Shown piece after piece: positions 56,000 through 64,000 of a stretch of 64,000 nt of DNA (the stretch's first letter is position 1; the number at the start of each line of letters is the position of its first letter). Where the stretch lies: assembly GCA_050084985.1 (NCBI GenBank), contig JBITNC010000002.1, positions 20,398,001-20,462,000 of the forward strand, written 5' to 3'. Position numbers and translations under genes: made by a program. The notes under the pieces were generated by a model that saw only the letters and a program-made list of their open reading frames with translations, searched no databases and was not told where the DNA came from. Source of the DNA: Nageia nagi (taxonomy: Eukaryota; Plantae; Pinophyta).

Positions 56000-58830
56000 T
56001 TTAAAAGAGTCCCTGCAATATAATGCCGTAATAATCATCCTTTGAATAACATAAAAAATATCATGATTCCTGCAAATAACCTCTAAACTATAGTTTTTTG
56101 AATTAACTAATATGTGGGTAATTTATTGGATATGTGGTTACAAAGATGCAAGGATATGTAGGGTACAAGCATATGAAACATGAGTAAATTACAACGAAAC
56201 TACAAAGTTGAAGTCCAAGATTATAATAAATGCTCAAATGTTTAAGTATATCATATATTGTTATTATAATGTGTCAATAAATGCTCTAATATTTCATAAG
56301 GCAATTGAAGCATGCTATGTTATTTAATTAATACATGTAAATGATTAATCAAATTATAAGCTCAGCAATAAATATTAAAATTAGCCAGGGTACCTACCAG
56401 AACAATTTGGGATGTATATTTTCACTAACAGGATTAAAAGTTTGCAACTGAAACTGGAATATATTCCAACACTATGAAAACGTAATCAAAACAATGAAAC
56501 CATCAACTAGATTTTGATAGTTATGAATCAAAGTCTAGGCAAGGATTTGAGAGTTACTTGCCTCTCATAATTCCTTATCATTAGTTAAAACATTAAATAT
56601 TATGATTTTACAATCTGCTCATCATTTTTCCATCACAATCTCATACTTGAACATAATAATAATAATAATAATTCTTTCAAAGCAAGGAGACTATTATGGA
56701 TCAAAGAAGAATATTTATTCAACAAAAAGGCAATCACATGGGTCATTGTACTATTTAATCTTCTTAATACAATTTGGTTCAAAAAATGTGCCTTGCCCAC
56801 AAAGAAGGGCCAAGAAATTGCTTAATGGATCATGAGAAACATGACACATAAATTTGTGATCTGTGCTGGAATTGAATGGGTACATGCAGACAAGCCTAAC
56901 TATGGCCCTTGCCCTGATCCAAACAAATGGGACCAAGGCCTCAAAGAAAACATGAATAACAAGGCATTTGTCTTAATACACATTCTCATATTTTCTATAG
57001 CCTAGAGGGCATTGAAAATGGCAGGTAAGAGAGTCTTGGGACTTTCTACACTATCAACTTCAGAATACTTTAACAGATCTGGTTCTCAGGATGCTCACCT
57101 TATGGAAGACTCCTCTGGTCGCTTGCCCCTTGCTATTGGAGGTCTATCTCACCTTCTTTTAGTAGATTTTTGTACAGATTTATTATTGTTATACTAGTTG
57201 CAAGTCACCTATGCATGTACGTGCGTTTCTTTGAAAGATTTAAAAGTCTGAAGGACTAAATCGCAATTATTTTTGCAATAAGATGTTCCCCATCCCAAAG
57301 TGAGAGTCAACATGCACAAATATTTTAATATTGGATATTGTCTCGCTAGTACTGTTGATCTACATAAGCATCTTATGAAGTTGCATTGTCACCAGCATTT
57401 ACTTTTCATAGATTTATATCACATAAATTAGTACATTGGCCATATCTCACTTATTGGACAGACTACCCGTTACTACTTTACCAGATCTCAATAGTTTTTT
57501 GGGACCACCAAGTTTTGAATTTTGAACCTACATTCAGTGTGTCATGATCCCTTTATCTTACCTTACAATTAGAGCACACGGCAAAAACCTGTACACTCTC
57601 AACCTTAGAACAAGCTATAAACTTGTGAGGATCATAGAGAGGACGAACATGCATTTGCAATGACATCTATAGCCTATACTACTGATGTGGAATCGATTCA
57701 ACTGCATTGTATTGAGAACTGAAGCTTCTAAATAAGAGAATACAAGGTAAAATTTAACACTTAAACCAATTGCCAGAAATTAGGAATCTAAAACTAAGTC
57801 AATTGTAGGGAATAACAAGAATAAATTTATCTAGGAAATCAATCCGTGGGAAAGGTGACTAAAGGATGACAGATTTCACCCTTTATTACAATATAAATAA
57901 AATTGAAGTCGCTAATGTAAATTCTCATCAACTACATTATTCTCCTTGTGTGAATTGTCATGAACGCTTGTACATCCACCTCTTTCATATGCCATCCATC
58001 CTCTCAACGAATTGAATTAAGGATTTAGTCTATGTTTGATTTAGAGATCTTCAACCTACATCTGAGATCATAGATTTATGACTATAATCAAAATCTCTAA
58101 TGTATCTCTTCAACTAATGAAGCACAACATCTTAATTCAATATGAAAAAGTAAAACCAACTTTCGATGTCAATTAGCTGCCAAACTGTGTACATAACTTA
58201 AGCTGGTAATTCCTGCTTGCCAAGATGATGGAATCATATAATTGGGTGGGGATCTGATTCATAATCTTGTATTAATCTTATGAGAAAGAAAGAAAGTATA
58301 TTAATGTTCACATCAGTACTTATCTTATGAAAAATAAAGAAAGCATATTAATGTCCACATCAGATCAACAGCATGGGACAATTGTAGTGGACCCGTACAT
58401 AGCAGTAGCGGGAATATAGTGCGTAGCAGGATCAACACAATTGAAATCTCTATAGCGTAAAGATAAGCTCAAATCTCATTCCCTGATAGATGGGACGAGA
58501 TCCATCCAAACCCACAGAATAGATACCTCTCTATTATAGCAAAATCCCTGTAAAAAAAGGTAAATTCTGAACAAAAATAATGGTATGTCAATCTCACCCC
58601 AAAGATAGAATTTAAAATTTAAAAGATATACTTTCAAATCTAGCAGAACATATTTCCTTTCCGTCACTTAAACAAATATGCAATTTTATGGAAAAACAAT
58701 TATTCTTTGATAATTCCCAAAACCAACAAGATCCGAAAGTTGTTACAAAGTTATCTGATCTCATCTCATATTGAATCAAACCAACCAACAAAAAGAAATA
58801 TACATACTTGAACAGATAAAGCATTCGTAC

Positions 58831-58952
58831 CTTTAGCAATAGAGAAAAGGAAAACATATCTTTGAACCACACTCTCAATTCAGCCTATAAAGCTTGTAGA
58901 CTATCCGTGGCCTTGGCTGTGGCGCAGGAGGACCATGGAATGTATATATAAG
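58831..58952 (-). promoter_or_regulatory. Probable promoter and non-coding first exon of the reductase gene
   Basis: On the - strand: CTTATATATAC at about 58952-58942; donor AAG|GTACG at 58831/58830; a further donor AAG|GTGAG at 57099/57098; acceptor TTGCAG just before 56012. Confidence 0.45.
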
Positions 58953-61299
58953 TGGAAATCTTGTCTTCGTATACGTGTACGAAAACTTGCTTTGGTTTGT
59001 CAGTGTTGATTGGACCGATGTGGATAATCAGGACACCTCTCTTATGGGAATATCATATAACGATAAACGAGGTGTAAAAAATAAAATTGAATTCAATGTA
59101 TAATTTTACAATTAAAACAAATTAATATTAATTGATCATTATTAATAATTATTATTTTATATTCAATATGTAAATTGTAATTGCAGACATTTAACATATA
59201 GCCTTTATTAAATTTAGTTGTTTAATTTAATTAATGTTCTTATTTATTTAATAGCATTGTTAATTTATAATAAAGTTATGTTTGTTTAAATTGATGATAG
59301 ATGCTTTTGGAGAGAAGGTTTTTGCTTTGAATTTAATTTGTATAAGTAAATTATAAAAGTATTTTATACAAAGGAATGGCAAAAGATTATACAATTAAAG
59401 AACCTTTATCCATTATTCTTGTTGTTTTATTAGCCTATAAACATTTTTAATGTGTATTTCGCATTCTGCAAGTGTTTGTTTCATATAATTCCTCTTCTTA
59501 TCTGCATGTTATAAAGGTATTAGACAACTCTTAATGGCATTTTAAGGACCACCATAATATTTTTGAAATTATAATAATGTACTAACATAATTGTGACATG
59601 TTCATTTATTTTTAAATCAATCCTAAAAGATTGTCACATATTGATGTTACAGGTCAAAAGAGTAAAGAATCAAACACCAAGATCAAAAGCCAAAACAAAT
59701 AAGTATTACTAAATAAATATCATCTCTCACTCTTGAACTTTAGTTTACGTGCATTTACCTCTAGCTATCATTATCATAATACATTGTGATGATTAACAAG
59801 ATTTTAGTAGTTAGTAATTTTCGCCTAATATATTTTTTAGTGCACCTTTGTTACTTCATATGTATGATTGAAATTTATATTTAAAGGGATTTATTATTTT
59901 TAAGCCTTAAATTATTCAACACTTTTAACATTTTAGGATTATTTTCATATGAAACGTTGATAGAAAATCCTTAAAAAAATGTATTTGTTAAATTCTTATA
60001 TATAGAGTATTCATATAGGAAAAAAAATTTTCCTACAATGGTGATATATTCTCAAAATCTTTGTGTAACTATATCTTTGTTACCCTAGTAGATAACCTTG
60101 ATTACTATGAAGAGATATAATCATAAGACCATATAAAACCCTAATCCTTCCATAAAAAGTAAAGAATTAACTAACAAATCACTACCCATCCCATCCCAAT
60201 TATAATCAAACCTTATCTATCCATATATCCTTATCCCATCCACCTACTCCACCTTCCCAACAACTATTGTAATGGTTCCACATATGTATTTAATAATTCC
60301 TCAATCTAGATTTGCATATCAAATCTTATTGTAGTACATCACAATGTATCAACCTAGATGCTCTATTGACACTAATTTTTATAGCATTCTCTATTTGGGT
60401 AATTTCCTAGTTTTTTAATCCACCACATCCAATAATATATATCCTTGCCTTCGAGGGTAAATTATTTTACCAAATCACTTTTGGGAAATTTTATTCTTCT
60501 ACTAATGCTTGATGTAAATATGGTAGATTTTTTTGCAATTTAAAATTCTTATCCTCATTTTTCTAACAGTCCCTTATAATCCCATATATATGTAATTAGT
60601 TTGATTTATTGGAAAGGTTGTATACAAGTAGGTTATTAAGGGTCTAATTATCATTCTTAATATTGTATCTACTCCTTTTGTAAGAGCCTTCAATTAGTAA
60701 TATTTATACTATTGCATAAACCTCTGATTGTATATCCATTTACATTAATATTACTCCTAAAGAAGTTTTTCAATTTAACTTGTATTTTATTTTGGTTAAT
60801 CTAATCTAAAAGTTTATCTTTACACTTTTAATCTCCAATGGTTAATTAGTACCTTAACCTTGTTAAGGATATAAATTCTTCAAAGATATAACCCTCATTT
60901 TTATTTATGTATAAATATTTTACTTTTAAGAAGAGGATTTCTATTGTGATCTTTAGAATCTTATCATAAGAACCTCCTTTGAATATCTTCAAATTTTTGT
61001 TTCACTTTTTCTCAATAGCAGTTTATAGATAGATTAGACTTATATAGTGTATAAAAGATGTTATATAAGTTTTTGGAAAAAGCTGAGAAGAGTCGAGCTA
61101 AGTTTTCCCTGCATGCATGTGCCACCATTATGATTCTTGTTTCTTGTGTCATATCACATTTATCCCTTAGGATTTTTGCAGGATATTTCTATCCTAACAT
61201 GTTTGAGCACTTACATCGCCTAGGGTAATGTCTTATCCTTTAACTATGGGTGTGTCTCTTAATGACACTTCATCGTTGCATGAAGTTGTTGGAGTGGAG

Positions 61300-64000
61300 G
61301 ATGGCGCCCAGCAAGCACCCATACAAGTTTCTACCAAAAGTGGAGCATGAGGTAACTTTGCTATTCCTCAAGCTTTTATTCATGTAGAAGAATTTTGAAG
61401 TTCTTGTCCATGGTTTGAGTCACACACCCTTGTGGGTTATTTCCTTGGTTGTATCCCAAATGATACCCTTGTGCACACCTGGGTTAGCCAAGTTTGGAGT
61501 CCATATGGAGTCAAAGTTGAGAATGTGCAAAATCTTACCAAAGGATTTTTTATTTTCTATTTTTTTTTATCATGTGCATGCTCAGAAAGTTCTTATTAAA
61601 GGTCCTTGGGTAGTCTGTAATTCTCTTTTATTCCTACAACCTTATAGTGAAGGGTTTAATGTAGGGAATGAAGATGTTATGGATGTTCTTGTTTGGGTTG
61701 AGTTCCTTGGGATTCCTATTCCCATATGGAAGTTTTTACACACCTTCGCCACAAGTATTGGTCAATTTGTGTGTTTTGAACCTGAGCGCTTTTTCCTGGC
61801 TCAACCTTCTTGGAGAGTGTGTCAAAGTTGATTTAACTAGTGACCTTCTAGAGTTCATAAACATCAACATTGGTAAAGAGATTCTACATCAAAGGGTGGA
61901 TTTTATTGGGCTCTCGAACACTTTCTACCTTTTTCATTCCCCTAACCACAAGATTTATGATTACCCATTCATAATGGGTACATTCAAAGAGAAACCCTCA
62001 GTTCCCCCTCCTTCATCTTCCAACCTAGGGCCTTCAAATAAAGGTGGGGACGATGAATGGACCATAGTTAACAATCATCACAACCATCATCTTGCACAAC
62101 AAGAAATGGTTACTATAACTTAATAACCTAGTCCTATGGTCATTTCAGACATGCAACCCCTTCGGGCAATCAATGTTATTCAACCACCTCCAATTGTCAA
62201 CCTTGCTCTGATGTTAGCTTTTGAACCTCTGCTCAACTCTATTTGGTCGGGCCCTTCCTTTGCTTCCATTGTTGTGATGCCTCCTCTTATTCTTGGGATG
62301 GAGGATAGCTCTAGAGGCAAATTGGATTGCTCTCACAGTCCATAAAGAGGTATTCCTTTAGGGCCTATTGAGAAACGACAAAAGGTGGGAGCTTCACATG
62401 GTGATAGTAATTCATTTGCATCCCTACATATTTTAGAGGATTCAAAGGATGTTATGGAGATTCAAACCCATGATCTTTCTTAATGATTTATTTCTCATGA
62501 AATGTAAGAGGGTTGACAAACCCAACCTGTAAGTATACGATCCGAAGTGAGCTTAATGATATCACTCACTCTTTTGGAAAGCTCGATTTTGTCTATTTAC
62601 AAGAAGTTAAAATTGTTGACTTTCTTTCGCATTGTACTAGTGCTTTTCTCTAGTTACGGAGCCCCTTTTTCATACCAATCCTTCCATAGGGAAAGGAGGT
62701 GTCTTCACTTTCATTTCTCCAAAGTGGAAATTGAATGTGTGGTCTAAAGGTGTTGACCCTTTGAATCAAATTGTCTAGGTGTTGCTTGAGGTGTCAGGGC
62801 AACCTTTTGGAATTATCAATGTTTATGCTTCTAATGATGCTCATGATAGAATAAATTCATGGATGTGGCTTGGCTTATCTCTTCCTTTTTCTACTTGGGT
62901 TTTATGTGGGGACTCTAACATGGTGGAAAAACCCTTCAATAAGAAAAGTCAAACCCCCATGCGATGGAAATTGGATGAGAGAGAGGCTTGGTTTTTTATG
63001 AAAAATAAAATTAGTTTGTTTGATCCCAATGTTGGTTTTTCTCTTGTCTACTTTTCGAAAGCCCATTGGTTCACCTGGTCTAATTTCCAAGCCAATTCTG
63101 ATAGAGTTCTTAAATGGCTTGACAAGTGTATGTATTTTGAAAGTGATTTTTTTTTTCATTTTAAGACACTCTCCCATGTTCTACCTTTTGTTTATGTTGT
63201 TTTAGATACCACTGTATATGACCATGCCCCCATCCTTTTTGCTATCTCTTATGATCATGTCCAAGTCAGGGTTTTCAATTCTCAATTTTATTTGAACACC
63301 TCTCTCTTGCAGCATCCCTCTATGAGAGCTCATATCAGTTGAATCTATAACTTAATTCGTATACCAACTAGTTCTTCTGGTTGGATCCAATGGTGGAATA
63401 ACTCTATTATCCAAACCACTAAAGTCCTTTGCATCCGTAGTGTTAAATTTGCTAAGAGAAGGCAAAAATGTAACCAAGTTGTGAAAATTGAGCTTGCTCA
63501 TGCCACGTGAAACCTTGAAGCCAACCCCTTCAGTGCCCTTGATCAAGTGTATGTTGTTGCTATCTGCCATGAAATTAGGAAAGTTGATCTTTATGAGGCC
63601 AAGGGAGCACAAATTTATGCCCATCTTAATAGGATTAATGTTAGGGATAAGGTATCTAAAGAATTCTTTATATGTCTTCGCCCTCCCATTCATGTGTCTC
63701 ATTTTCAAGCTATTTAGTATGATGGAGTTCATCTTACCTCCCTTTCAGATATAATTTCAACTTTTGTTGCTCATTACCAAAAGGTCTTTACTTCTTAATC
63801 TCTTTCACCTATTTTCCAACAAGCTTTGGATGATTGTTGTGTTGTCATATCTCTCAAGCTTTCCCACGCTTAAAGGCCACTTGTGATACACCTCTCTCCT
63901 TAGAGGATTTGAAATCTGCTCTCTCATAGGTGGCTAATAATAAAGCTTTTAGTATTAATGATTTTCCCTATGAATTTTATAAGGAGTTCTGGGACATGCT
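61300..64000 (+). mobile_element. Decayed L1-type LINE (ORF1 DUF4283-like, ORF2 endonuclease), running off the window
   Basis: GPWVV...LFLQPY...VWVEFLGIP (ORF1). INVYASND, WVLCGD.N, FTWSN and DHAPI (EEP endonuclease). Frameshifts and stops present. Confidence 0.88.

Overview
AT-rich, repeat-dominated plant nuclear DNA. The LTR families, long introns and PPR style suggest a gymnosperm/conifer-type genome (inference). Two host genes are visible. One is a + strand Lys/Glu/Asp-rich coiled-coil protein (CDS 34218-35348) whose probable 5'-UTR exon lies about 13.7 kb upstream across a TE-packed intron. The other is a - strand five-exon NADP-dependent alkenal/double-bond reductase (55999-52404) with a frameshift in exon 2. 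The rest is nested decayed Copia and Gypsy retrotransposons, a solo LTR, a CACTA-like remnant and LINE remnants. The main finding is a chromovirus-type Gypsy remnant (30541-32982, - strand) whose internal region is replaced by a single-frame chimera: RINGLET/RLT fragment + CSI1 fragment + an unidentified segment + the element's own chromodomain tail. Other notable items: a 67-bp TG...CA palindromic insertion with a perfect 5-bp TSD (19689-19755), an array of hairpin repeats with partly variable spacers in an LTR (31-1385), a scrambled PPR/DYW mosaic inside a CACTA-like element, and an aspartic-protease fragment between a Copia PBS and gag. All family assignments come from motifs recognised by eye; no searches were run.
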